Assembly: GCA_020137815.1 (NCBI GenBank)
Contig: CM035351.1
Location: forward strand, 3,596,001-3,660,000
DNA from: Hormiphora californensis
Taxonomy: Eukaryota > Animalia > Ctenophora
DNA length: 64,000 bases
Direction of reading: 5' to 3'
A program made the translations under genes and the position numbers. A model generated the notes under the pieces. The model was given only the letters and a program-made list of their open reading frames with translations. It did not search any database and was not told where the DNA came from. Positions 37,051 through 49,909 of this stretch are shown here, in pieces; positions within the stretch are counted from its first letter, which is position 1, and every line of letters begins with the position of its first letter.

Positions 37051-40000
37051 GATTGGTTTGTATGGGAAGCTGGTTTCTGCATGGCTGCAAAGCTGCAGAG
37101 GTGCAGCCGCTAGTCATCATGTCGCCGCACGTGAGTTAGGAGTAATAAGGAGGGTGGTGGTCAGTTAGGTTATCGGTAACCAACGTGGTCAAACGGGATT
37201 GGCGGATGGGGTCAGGGACGGAGAGGTCACGTGGTAGTAGGCGGTCACGCAACGGTCAGGACAGAGGCTGGAAGGTTGGAGCGAGACGATAGTTCTGGAC
37301 ACAAGGTTTTTGGTGTACGGATCGGCTAGATGGGATTGTAGAAAGGGAGTTTTTCTGCGGCCAAACTTCCTTATATTGTCAGCTTGGGTCTCGCAATGGG
37401 GGCGGCTGTATTGCTAGCATTGATAGTAGGCCACACTACAATGTGGAGGTATAGCTTGACGCAGGTATAGCTTGGTGGAGGTAACAGTGTTGTATGGCTT
37501 AGTGGAGGTAGTTTTGGATTGATCTAGGTCTTATTGGGCAGGAGGTAGTCAAGACATGAGTGGAGGAGGTGTAGAGGAGTAGTTCAGAGGAGAGAGAGAG
37601 AGTATTGGAGATGTAGAGTATTCAGTTTATGTCAGTACGTTTGTTGAGCATGGATTGAGTGTATATATTTGTATATTTAAAGGGAGTATTAAATGGAGAT
37701 TTATATAGGAATCCTGGCGGTGTGTCAGAGTTTCCGAAAGGGGATCTCTCGGCGGCCCGGTGGTTACGGCTGGTGTATCAGTTGGACTTGGTTGAGTAGT
37801 GTAGTGGTTAGTCCATGGATACTAGAGCCGTTGCCACCGAGACAAGGGGAGATCTCCTCTTTTACTCGTATATCGTTTGTTTTCATTCGTCTACTCGGTC
37901 GTGGATTATGGTCAGCCTAACTTTAGTTCTCTATATGGACGGAGAGCCAGGGACTCTCCGTAGGGGGCCCAGGCACTTGCACAGGGTACTATACATTTAG
38001 TACAATGTCTTGTGCATACGTGGCTTTTTACAGTCTGGGCCACGGCCTGGTGGCGGTTAGGCCCGCCCCCTACAGCACCGGTACCCTCCTCACAGCAGGG
38101 GTAACTAGAGGTAACTAGGGGCAACTATGGGGGGGGGGGGTAACTATAGGGGTAACTATAGGGGTAACTAGGGCTACTAACCCGGTGGGCAGGGTGTAGG
38201 GGTAGCACCGGTACCCTCCACGCAGCAGGGGTAACTAGTGGTAACTAGGGGCAACTATGGGGGGTAACTATAGGGGTAACTATAGGGGTAACTAGGGCTA
38301 CTAACCCGGTGGGCAGGGTGTAGGGGTAGCACCGGTACCCTCCTCGCAGCAGGGGTAACTAGAGGTAACTATTATAAGGGTAACTATGTGGGTAACTAAG
38401 ACTAACCCGGTGGGCAGGGTGTAGGGGTAGCACCGGTACCCTCCTCGCAGCAGGGGTAATTAGAGGTAACTAGGGGTAACTAGGGGCAACTGTAAGGGTA
38501 ACTATTATAAGGGTAACTATGTGGGTAACTAAGACTAACCCGGTGGGCAGGGTGTAGGGGTAGCACCGGTACCCTCCTCACAGTAACTCCCCGCTGTACA
38601 GGGGTTGTCATGGGGATCACTAGGGACAGAAGAAACTAGGGGGACACAACTCCGTTGCTGCTGACATACCCTCTATCTAGGGGTGGGAGATGTTAAATAT
38701 GTTAGATCTAACTGGACATAGAGTATGTTTCATCTAATGGTGGATGGACATGAAGTATGTTTTATCTAAATTAGATTCTAATGGTGGGCATAAACGTGCA
38801 GAGCTCTTGAGTGAGTTGTTATGTTCTAACCCTCCCTTCGCGGCGCCCGAAACACAGTCTAGCCAGGCAATGAGTGAGAAAGCGTCTCTATAAATGATAT
38901 TTGAAATTGTGCACGGTTATATCATGTGTTTTGATTCACAGCCGGTTTCCGAGGCTGTGTAACCTCAACATACCTTGGATCCTGTCAGCTTCAGGACTAA
39001 CATAGACAGGGGTGCCACCTGAGTCAGGATCAAGCAAAATTAATACCATGTACATATATTTTCTCTTTCCCCCTCCCAAATAGTGGGAAAAAATTGGAAA
39101 TTTCCACTAAGTTCCACACGCAATGGTAAAGCTAAGCTTGTATACACATTTGAAGACTTTTTGGAACGGGGGGGGGGATCCCATGGTATACTTTGGTATA
39201 CTTTGGCACTTTCCACAACTTTTTCAGCGATTTTCCATATACCAAAGTATACCAAAGTATACCAAAGTATACCAAGGTATACCAAAGTATACCATAAAAA
39301 TTTTGAAAAAGGTAAAATTTAAGCGATAAGTTAACATAAATGACTAAATTTGTAAAACTACATCCTTATTTCTTTATAAGTTGGTAATATAACGCTTATT
39401 AAACCGATTTTTACGTTTTTGTTACATCATCCGGCTAGTGCTCAAGGCTTGCCACTCAGGGTTCGAACTTCGATTCCCGGTGAAGGCAATTTTTGAAAAA
39501 TTTTTGGAGACTTTACCAAATACTATTTGAACATTTTCTTGACTTTTTAAAAGTTTTTTTATCATACTCAAATGGGTCCCAATTTGTCAAACCCCAGTTT
39601 TCTGACTCACCATTTTATAGGTAATATTTTCCCTCGATTCTATGAATTTAGCCTATTTTAGCACCATTGTCCCATTTTATGAGTTAAGAAAGTTTTATAA
39701 AATGTTGTAAAGCCTTAACTGTTGTAATTAACACTTAAAGTACTTTAAAGTTATTAAAAAGATATGGTATACTTTGGTATACTTTGGTACTTTCCACATA
39801 TTTTTTTGGGATTTTCCATATACCAAAGTATACAAGTATTTTTAACAAACAACACTAGGGGTCATGACGTGGCTATATGCTGGACTCTTGTCACGTTGAA
39901 TTGTGGCGACTGGCTAATACATTTGAAAAAAAGCAAGGAAATGGGAAGGGGGGAAAGGAGACGTCCTAAAAGTAGGAGAAGGAGAGGAAGGAGGCCTAGA

Positions 40001-40185
40001 GAACGAGGAATAAAAGCAAGAAGGGGCACGAGAAAAGGGGAAGAGCGATAGCGGAGAAGGCAGCAGACCGGAAATTAAGTGAGTGGAGCGAGCTAGACAG
40101 CCCTTCTTTTTAGGGATATCTATGTTATCGGATTTAAATCTATCTTTATATATCTATTCTTCTTCGCTCTTATCTCTCTCTCTCA

Positions 40186-40279
<94 letters not shown>

Positions 40280-42254
40280 ATAAGTAATCATAAGTAATCT
40301 CTGGTATAAATATATAGGAGATGCTTGCAGTGCTCAGTTATTCAATCCCCCGAACTCAAACTTTGTCATGGCATTCGTGAACCTTCCTCCATTTGCATTA
40401 CTGTTTTGTACTGCAATTATTGCAGCCGTTAGTGGTACGTTATCTTTTTTTTTTTTTTTTTTTTGCTTCCTCTGTGCGGCATATTCCCCTTTCTTGGTAA
40501 TAGACCATCTCTGTTGGTGTTACACTAGAAAGTAACAGCTCTCAACGCTGACCCTTGTTTGACCCCAGTTTTTCTCAAACCGGCACTGTCTGACTCACTA
40601 AATCACTAGTGTATGTTAACAATCTCGATAACATGCAGAGCAGTTTTGTCAAACAAAGTTAATGTCGTGGTTTCGGGCACGGTCTCTAAATGCGCCGTAG
40701 GGCACCTGTGATAGGTTTCAGACAGACTAACGAACTGGAGGGGGTAGCAAATCGGGAAGGGTACCCCGCCTAGCCGAGATCCTCTGGAGCGAGATCTCGG
40801 TAGGAGGGAAGGGTGAATGGTAGGGGGTTGGGAATGGGAGGGATGGAACTCAAGGAGGGGTGAGGTTGTGCTAGTTCCTAGTTGTTAGACATTTATAAAC
40901 AATCTTATGTCTATATTGTCCTACAACCCGGAACTGATGCAGGGATAAAACGGGGGCGAAAATGATATTGAGTGACATTGATCGTGAGGGCAAAGGTTAA
41001 TACTATGGCGTGGGGTGAGTGCGTGATGCCGCTAGGTCCAAATTTTACATGAGATACTGTTCTAGTGAATGGGTAGGAAGATTCAGATTCGCATTACTGT
41101 TTTGTACTGCAATTATTGCAGCCGTTAGTGGTACGTTATCTTTTTTTTTTTTTTTTGCTTCCTCTGTGCGGCATATTCCCCTTTCTTGGTAATAGACCAT
41201 CTCTGTTGGTGTTACACTAGAAAGTAACAGCTCTCAACGCTGACCCTTGTTTGACCCCAGTTTTTCTCAAACCGGCACTGTCTGACTCACTTAATCACTA
41301 GTGTATGTTAACAATCTCGATAACATGCAGAGCAGTTTTGTCAAACAAAGTTAATGTCGTGGTTTCGGGCACGGTCTCTAAATGCGCCGTAGGGCACCTG
41401 TGATAGGTTTCAGACAGACTAACGAACTGGAGAGGGTAGCAAATCGGGAAGGGTACCCCGCCTAGCCGAGATCCTCTGGAGCGAGATCTCGGTAGGAGGG
41501 AAGGGTGAATGGTAGGGGGTTGGGAATGGGAGGGATGGAACTCAAGGAGGGGAGAGGTTGTGCTAGTTCCCAGTTGTTAGACATAATTTATAAACAATCT
41601 TATGTCTATATTGTCCTACAACCCGGAACTGATGCAGGGATAAAACGGGGGCGAAAATGATATTGAGTGACATTGATCGTGAGGGCAAAGGTTAATACTA
41701 TGGCGTGGGGTGAGTGCGTGATGCCGCTAGGTCCAAATTTTACATGAGATACTGTTCTAGTGAATGGGTAGGAAGATTCAGATTCGCCCAATCACTAGCC
41801 AGCCAATCGATAGCCAGTCGCCCATTGCCCAACCAGGTGATAATGTGGGTATGTGGGATAAAGAGAGTGGGGCTTCTGATTTAATCAGAAAAACGAGATA
41901 AAGGAGCGGGAGAGAGAGAGGTGGGAGAGAGGCGAGAGACAGAGGAAGGGATAGACAGGGCAAGGGGGTGAAATAAGCTACACCGCCCGCTAATTGGGAC
42001 CCTATCAAAAGAAGGATAGGGGAGATCTCCCGGAGAACTACAAAGAGAAAGAATGGGAAGAGATGAGATGAGAAATGTGAGACCAGGAAAGGCAATTAAC
42101 ACCGAAAATGGTCACGAACCAGAAAGAGATGAAATACAAGACTAATAGGATCCCCGAGAGAGAGACACCATGCAGAAAAAGATAAAAACCCGGCTGGCTC
42201 CTATCGACAGGCTATCTGCCCATAGCGAGAGAGAGAGAGAGAGAGGGGGAGAGA

Positions 42255-42285
<31 letters not shown>

Positions 42286-42294
42286 GGGGAGAGA

Positions 42295-42346
<52 letters not shown>

Positions 42347-45300
42347 TGAAGAGATAGAGCGGGAGAGAGAGAGGGGGAGGGAGGAAATGGAGTGCACTGA
42401 AAAATGGGGAGGTGACTTGTGCTATTTTGAAGAGCATTACCGAGATTCAGGAACCTGAAGAATGATAGTTGTGGTAGTGTGGGCGAGTGAACTTACCGCT
42501 CCTTATCGGGAGCATGCCCTGCAAATGAAATCCCTAGCAATAAGGGGGGTTAAGATTTGTGATAATTATCGGTTTTCATTTCTTACCGTTGGTCGACCTG
42601 ATTGGAATGGTATGGCTGAATTGTGTACCCTTTACAGGACCTGGGCGAGTGGGATAAGACAAACAACCCCATCCAACCCCAACCAAAAACTATCCCAAAA
42701 CTAGCCCCTCGCTGCCTCCCCCAAAGACCAGGCACCCCCACCCACTTCTCCCTCATTAGGGAGAACAGAAGCAGCCCTGACCCCGGGCAAGAACGACCCT
42801 ATACTAGGGAAACAGAGCCCCTGAACCACCCCTCTCATCCCACAGAAAACTACGCCAGGTCCTGGAGTGAGTGCATGGCCTTACCCTTCCCTGAGCAGGA
42901 ACGTGCCCTGAAACATGTTACCTAACACCTAGCAGTAATAAGTAATAACGGGGGAAAATAGTAAAACAACTAGACAAACACCAAAGCCAACTCATGCTAA
43001 GCTCCATTCCCCGGCCTGGACTAAAACTAGAATGAAGAACGATAAATGACTTATGACACATACAACTAAATGAAAGGTCATACCGGAAAGGATAAGAAGA
43101 AAGGTGACCTTGCTATTATGAAAAAAAAAACTAAATAAATACCATGACATGACCAACTCAAGAAGAAATGAATAATGAACAACACAATAACATGGATGGT
43201 CTTATCTGATTGGAGAATGTAGATCGGTGGTGGTCGGTGTAGCTGGTCCTTTGTTTGCTGTATCTTCACGGGACTTGGTAGATCGAGATATTTACAAAGT
43301 GGTGAAATTTGAGAAGGCCCGGAGAGGAGGGAGAGCCGTGACCTAACAATTACAACAAAACAAGAACCGGTACGTTATCTTATGACGAACTTTCCTTATA
43401 AAATATTTATCATACGGCATTATTTCTACTTGATCTTGTCATGATACACCACGTGGGCCACGGATTGTTGGTCATGGTTAGCGAGGTGGTGCGTCAAAAC
43501 GGTGATAGTTTTGAGAATACAAATTATTGGAGCACTCTGGATCAATTCCTTGGTAACTTTTTCTATAATTGTTTGTCAAAAATTCGAAAATTCATTTTTC
43601 GTTCCTTCATTCATTTCTCGGTCATTCATGATGTGAGCATCTTAATTTTCCATCATTATGCTCTTTGTCTTTGGCTTGAATTTATCTTTCCAATGAGCAC
43701 CATGAAAATGAAATTGAAGCACCAAGTCAAGCAGCAGTTGAGAAAATGTTCATGCGTGATTTTGGCTATTTTTGCGACATTCAATGAGCTGTATCACGGC
43801 GACCTTTAGTTCAATCTTCTTAGAAATTTGGGAAAACATTGGATAAGCAAAGATCTTTGCTCACAAGAAAAATCAAGGTCAAAGTTCATTTTTCATTTTT
43901 GTTAGTTTATTCCGTTCATTCAGGAACCAACATCCCTAAAGTGATGAAAAGGTTTGGGTTTTGTTTGGCCCATGTCCTGCAATGACAGAGAGGTGTAATA
44001 GCGTGTTTCCGGGCTAGATTGTGGGTGTCCATGTGATCATGATGATATCTGACACCTTTTCTGAGCCAAAATTATAGTCTGATTTTAAATAACTGTCGTT
44101 TTTTAGAGTTTTCAAAATTCTTTAAATGACCATAAGTCCGGTTCCTGATTAGATAGAGACTTGAAATTTGGAGGTTACGAAGATCTTGCTAAGTTCTTCC
44201 GAACCTCCAAATTTCAAGTCTCTATCTTATCAGGAATCGGAGATATGACAAATTTTGTTATTTCAGGGGTGCGACAGTTTAAAAAAATCCGACTTTAATG
44301 GATTTTCTCAAATTCAAGCATGTAACTTGGTTTTTCTGTGATTAGTACCGTGCAACAATGTTATGAGATCTCATAACACCCCAAAAATGATGATTAGCTC
44401 AGTGAAATGAGGTGATTTATGATGGAAATTGTTCGTTTCGTTCAATTTGACATCGCTTTTAATCTTTTCAATCATAAATCCACTTATTTCATTGAAATAA
44501 TCTTTTTTTGAGGTGTTATAAGATCTCATAACATAGCTGCACGATACTAATCATAGAAAAACCAAGTTACATGCTTGAATTTGAGAAAATCCCCTAATTT
44601 TGGCTCAGAAAAGGTGTCAGATATCATCATGATCACATGGACACCCACAATCTAGCCCGGAAACACGCTATTACACCACTCTGTCATTGCAGGACATGGG
44701 CCAAACAAAACCCAAACCTTTTCATCACTTTGGGGATGTTGGTTCCTGAATGAACGGAATGAACTAACAAAAATGAAAAATGAACTTTGTCCTTTGACCT
44801 TGATTTTTCTTGTGAGCAAAGATCTTTGCTTATCCAATGATTTCCCAAATTTCTAAGAAGATTGGACGAAAGGTCGCCGTGATACAGCTCATTGAATGTC
44901 GCAAAAAGAGCCAAAATCATGCATGAGCATTTTCTCAACTGCTGCTTGACCTGGTGCTTCAATTTCATTTTCATGGTGCTCATTGGAAAGATAAATTCAA
45001 GCCAAAGACAAAGAGCATAATGATGGAAAATTAAGATGCTCACATCATGAATGAACGAGAAATGAATGAAGGAATGAAAAATGAATTTTCGAATTTTTGA
45101 CAAAAAATTATAGAAAAAGTTACCAAGGAATTGATCCAAAGTGCTCCCATAATTTGTATTCTCATAACTATCACCGTTTTGACGCACCACCTCGCTAACC
45201 ATGACCAACAATCCGTGGCCCACCTTGTACATGTGTGATATATCACTACAATGGTACATTAGATACCCAATATCTTTATAACCATGTAACATGAATTCTC

Positions 45301-48300
45301 TGTGTCCAAGGTGCAAACGTCATCTGTACGGATTACGGAAAGGATATTGGAGGTGGAGGAGCAGATATATCGAAATATTATAAACGTCCCATCCCCCAAG
45401 ATTGTACATCTGCCGGGTGGCGGCCTAACTTCCGTATTTCAAAGTCAGCACCTTGCAAACCCGGGTGGAAGAGGTTTGAGGGGAAGTGCTACTCCCCATT
45501 TCGAGTAAGACCTGAATCACATAAAACCATCAATACAAATTTATAAAATGGTGCAGTTGTGTCCCTTAAATGGAGGGGCGGGGGACTACATTTTGGAATA
45601 CTACACATCTCCTGAAATGTTCAATTAATACAGTAATTCTAACATAACCCATTTGACAGCATGGCAAGCCTAGACAGTCGGAGGAGCAGTGCAATAGAGA
45701 ATTTGGACATCTGTTTGTTCCATCAAGTATTAGGGAGATTAAATGGGTCAAACAAAACACTGTAGTTAACAAATATAACTGGTAAGTTTCACTCACAAAT
45801 GTTAGCGTGGGGAGGTCTCAAAAAAAGTTTCATTCCTTAGTTTTCTGGTACCGCCCCAATGAAAATTGTACTTACATCTTTCACCACACAGAAGGCACAT
45901 GCACGTGACACGCATGTACCTTCTGTGTGGTGAAACGTAATGCGCAAATGAATTTTTCGTGCAATCTATTCCGGCTCTCCGTAATCCGCTGCCATCGAAC
46001 AACTGTTTTCAGGATACACTTGGGATTTTTCTGTGTTGCGAGGAGTCATTTTAAAGAAGTCAGCAACGGTAGGTATTAACCATATTTACAATAACCCCTG
46101 ATTACGGTAATGCCACTACAAGCGACAGCGTTACATAATGGAATTACAGTAATAAGACGCAGACTTTGTATAACGTGCGGCAAAAAGTGCATGTGTCAGT
46201 ACGTATAACTAGCAAACTGATTGGCCACGGTTGCGCGTCTTCTTACTGTATCTCCGTTTTCCATTTACCTTTTCCCACTACTGTAAAACCAAATATTTTC
46301 GAGGGCATTAATTTTCGCGGATTGGCCTAGACTAGGGCTTCTGGTGGTCCCTGAAGACTTCACCAGCGTACCAGGAGTGAACTACTCCTTCATCAGCGAC
46401 TCCTGGTACGCTGGTGAAGTCGTCAGGGCCCTGCAGGGACCACCAGAAGCCAATCTAGGCCAATCCGCGAAAATTAATTTCCCGCGAAAATAAATGGTTT
46501 TACAGTATTATAATAAGCGACCGGGTAACTATAACACACCATATCATGGGAAGTTGATGAAATTTGGTACTTTATTTGAGAGGGAGACAAATATATCTCC
46601 CCACTGCAGGTGTAAAGCCTCAAATAAAGCACGCCTATGCTGTGACTGGAGAAGATACGCGGGAGTTTGAACCGAGGCTTAGGGAAGTCAAATTTAACGC
46701 TGGTCCCGGTATGAACAGAGGCAACCACAAGCACAAGTGCACCCAATGGACTGCCAAAGACGCTGAACTGGGAACTAGGTGGTGGACGGGCAATTGTCAC
46801 GAGGGACAGCCATACCTTTGTGAGGCGTTTGATGGTTAAACAAAATGGATATAAACCAAAGCGGGTCGCCAGTCGGGCAGTATATATGATGTAGCAAATC
46901 ACCCTATGACATACGTACATAAACACGGGTAATGTTTTCCATTTAAATTTCCTGTTAAAATAAAAGCATGCTATTTTAATGAGTTCTGAAGTAATTGGGT
47001 AGGGGAAGGAGTCAGATTAATGGAATGGAAGGAGTCGATAGGGTTAGAGAGGAGCAGTAGAAACTGCAGTGCACCAGACAAGTAAGACTGGAGAGAGTTT
47101 ATATGGGAGCCATAATGTCGATTTTTCCGGATTTTGTAAACCCCAAATAATTCAAAGACCAGTTGGACTAATGGTGTAAAACTTTGCAGAGTGATCCCTC
47201 TTGATAAGACAAAGTGTTTAACACTCGATTGGGTGTTCCAAACCCCTACCAGTCCTATTATAATGGGGTTTACATTGATTTCAGGCCAAAAGTTAACCCC
47301 ACTTTTCTCCCAGACCGTTCGCACAGAATCGATTCTGACATATCCATCTGGTCCGATGTGCCAAGCGCTATCACATGATGGTAACCCCAAAAATGGCCCA
47401 AAATAGGGGTCAAAAATCGGTCGACCCCCCCCCCCTGGCCTTAAAAGGTCTAAATGACCCCAAATGATAATATTTCGACATATTTCGACATGTTTTGAGA
47501 CCCTGAGACCAGCGGGTGGCCAAATTTAATCTGGTTTCGGGTCGGCTGACGTAAAAACTCCGCGTTTTGGTCGAGATAACTATAAATACAACTGATAATG
47601 TGGATACGACGACAAAGTAACTGCAACATCAAGGATTCAAAACGCATTGCCTCAATAGATGACCACATGCCTTTATTCGCACGCATAACATGTGTACATG
47701 TTTCCCAGTTCTGTCGCCTACCACAGGTGCCTAGCCTCAACTTCCAAGTATGCTTACACAGTTATAGACCAGTTACATATACCACGAATGTCGGGTTTTT
47801 ATTTGTTATCGTTGCCAGATCACAACGACTAACACGCTTCACCCCTCTGATGGCCTTGATCGACCCTGTTTCCTCGGGGGTTTGAACAAAACAAGCAACT
47901 GCAATTGCAGAGCGATGCTAAAGGTTCGGTGTGTGAAATACCTCAGCCAATACCTTACCATGAGAATGAGATCAACATGGCTATCTTAATCTCATCCCCC
48001 AAGGAGAGACGATCGAGATACGACGTAGTAAGTTAGTGGTACTAGACAACAATAACACCATCATGTATCGACCTACCTTGGGGTTGTTTGCAAGATGAAG
48101 GAGAGTGTTTCCATCCTTTATCAGTCACAGCAATCAACTCTGGATCATGCTCCAGCAGGTCGTAGAGGCACTGCACATCTGCATGGGGGGACGATACCAG
48201 ACATTGTATTGCTAGGAGACCCTCACTGTTCTTGTGGGTGGTCATCACTGCCATGGTCCAGTAGCAGCCGCAGGACACATGACGTGTGGAGCCTGTGATG

Positions 48301-49909
48301 AACGTGTTATTAGTCTTGCAGCTATCTTGTTTTATAGCAAACAGGGGTGTTATAATAGCAAACAGGATTCAAGATAAATCAGCGTGCTAAGTCACAAAAA
48401 TGTCAAAAATTGGATGTAAGGTCCAAGGGTTAGAAATCCTAGGAACACATTTAATGGGTAGCTCAAGGCTCAAGCTAAATTACAAGGTCGGGTGTTAATC
48501 GTGTGTCAGGTTTCTGTCGTGTGTCTGTCGTTTGGTTATCTGTAGCTGTAGCTGTTGTCGCAGCTGCTGCATTGGCTGGTGTGCTTGCTTTTCGTTTGTT
48601 CAGTTTGAGTCTCATTGCCGATTGTTTGCCAGCATTTGCTGCTGCCTGGCGGGAGGGGGATACTGATCATGCTCAAACACACACATAGTTATAGCTTCTC
48701 ACCTGTTGGGACACTACTTGGGATTGTATTGCGATTAACAGGTAATGCTCTATTGAACCCTGGAGAGTGCGGAGAGAGAGGGTGCAGGTCTACTGTTTAC
48801 ATAACCATGATAACATTATTATTTGGTGCAGAAAAGGGTATTATAGTGAGGGTGCAGGTCTACTGAGTACTGCTTACATAACATGTGCAGTAAAGGTTGC
48901 AGCGAAAAGTTTTTTTCGACGCAAAAAAAGGGGGAAAAAGAAGGTGTAGCGAACGAAAACACACCGTTCGATATGATATTGAGGATTCAGGAACAATATT
49001 TACTAAAATTACTATTCTGGGTCTCTTGAATCTTCCATAACATTTGAAATGAAAATAGGCATGGTTGTAAATTACCTTGCAGCTCAGATGTAGAACGGTA
49101 TCTCCCTCATTGTTCACTGTTTCTAGGAGTTCCTTCTTGATTCGACCCACACTCTCACTGAAACACGATTTGGAAAAGGGAGGCCAGAGGGGGGGGGGGG
49201 GGGGTTGGGGTGTCACAGAATGATGCGAAAGAGCCGTCTCAACCCACGATTATATCTTACACCTTTTTTATAACAGTTACATTATTTATTCTACGGTATT
49301 ACAAACCTCCCTCACAATGTTCACTTGATAAGGCTACAATTAATATACCAACGAGCCCAGCATTACTTTTTATCTCTTTTATCTTTTTCTCTTAGACTCA
49401 CTGTTCAAGTATGGCCTGGACTGCTACGCCATAACCTGAGAAAGCAGCTATGTGGAGTGGAGTGTTTCCTGACTCATCTTTTGCAAGAGGATCCGCTCCT
49501 AAAAGATATTAAAATAATAAAATCATCATGTACATTGTACATTGTACACCGGTTAGAGAGACAGTTTCAAGCGGTAGAACCCGACCTCTATTGCATTTAG
49601 CGCTACATATCAGTACGTACCTATTAGGATCAGTTCCCCCAACCCACCCCTTTATATTAGTATCGAAGACACCTCACACTCTGCACTGGCAAGGGGTAAC
49701 TTCGTAACCACCCCTTTATAGTGAGAGTGAATTCTGATTCTGTCCACTCTCACTTTATACACCTACGTACCTGCGTTTAGAAGCTGGTTGACTGCGAATG
49801 CTGTATTACTTTTCACAGCCAAGTGTAAAGAGGTCTGGTTTCTGCCCAAATTTGGAGCGTTCACGTAGGTTTTAAGCCCGGAAATGCCATCCGTAAATTT
49901 GTTAAACAT
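32660..49909 (-). CDS. PLA2G6: Calcium-independent phospholipase A2 beta (ankyrin repeats plus patatin domain); ~13-kb intron 35108-48076
   Basis: Ankyrin exons ([43 protein letters not shown]); patatin motifs [59 protein letters not shown]. The start codon and some N-terminal exons are tentative; 1-nt frameshift near 48117. Confidence 0.88.
35195..35425. repeat. Direct repeat copy 1 (~230 bp)
   Basis: tataaatacaactgataatgtggatacgacgac...gccagatcacaacg, repeated at 47581-47827. Confidence 0.9.
35930..36352. repeat. Minisatellite of 11-12-bp units (ggaggtctgctt / ggaggtcagtt)
   Basis: Over 30 interleaved units; explains the repetitive ORFs at 35893-36540. Confidence 0.95.
37011..37046. repeat. 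(GA)n microsatellite
   Basis: Visible dinucleotide run. Confidence 0.95.
38073..38583. repeat. Tandem repeat, ~100-140-bp units with ggtaacta subrepeats
   Basis: agcaccggtaccctcc occurs five times; ctaacccggtgggcagggtgtaggggt occurs four times. Confidence 0.9.
39168..39840. mobile_element. Poly-G-ended non-autonomous element with (tataccaaag)n arrays and a tRNA-like core; right end appears truncated
   Basis: G10 left end, 10-bp repeats in both orientations, block 39183-39260 repeated directly at 39764-39833, tRNA-like sequence at ~39415-39488. Confidence 0.7.
40175..40277. repeat. (CT)n microsatellite
   Basis: Visible dinucleotide run. Confidence 0.95.
40395..41787. repeat. Near-identical tandem duplication, 696-bp period
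   Basis: gcattactgttttgtactgc... starts at 40395 and at 41091; both copies end ...ggaagattcagattc. Confidence 0.93.
42227..42342. repeat. (GA)n microsatellite
   Basis: Visible interrupted dinucleotide run. Confidence 0.95.
43453..45223. mobile_element. Large foldback element: ~620-bp inverted arms with nested internal inverted repeats
   Basis: 43453-44074 mirrored by 44595-45223; inner hairpins at ~44138-44240 and ~44301-44591. Confidence 0.9.
45311..46839 (+). CDS. C-type lectin-like domain protein nested antisense in the PLA2G6 intron; exons 45311-45504, 45660-45781, 46013-46068, 46610-46839; 5' exons not resolved
   Basis: Spliced frame: [14 protein letters not shown]...[24 protein letters not shown]...WIHLGF...HKCTQW...[15 protein letters not shown]; phase-compatible GT-AG introns. 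Confidence 0.8.
46281..46505. mobile_element. TA-flanked MITE, almost fully palindromic (possibly nested), in the lectin gene intron
   Basis: TA-ctgtaaaacc...attttcgcggattggcctag / ctaggccaatccgcgaaaatt...ggttttacag-TA; inner arms gcttctggtggtccctg and acttcaccagcgtaccaggagt. Confidence 0.88.
47581..47827. repeat. Direct repeat copy 2 (~245 bp)
   Basis: Matches 35195-35425 with small indels. Confidence 0.9.

Noticed and set aside
38073-38583. CRISPR-like array (constant repeat with variable spacers)
   Set aside because: The spacers are variants of one ggtaacta subrepeat, the context is eukaryotic, and there are no cas genes.
43441-45316. Paralogous ORF pair (122 aa +, 210 aa -)
   Set aside because: They are mirror translations of the foldback arms with no recognisable domain.
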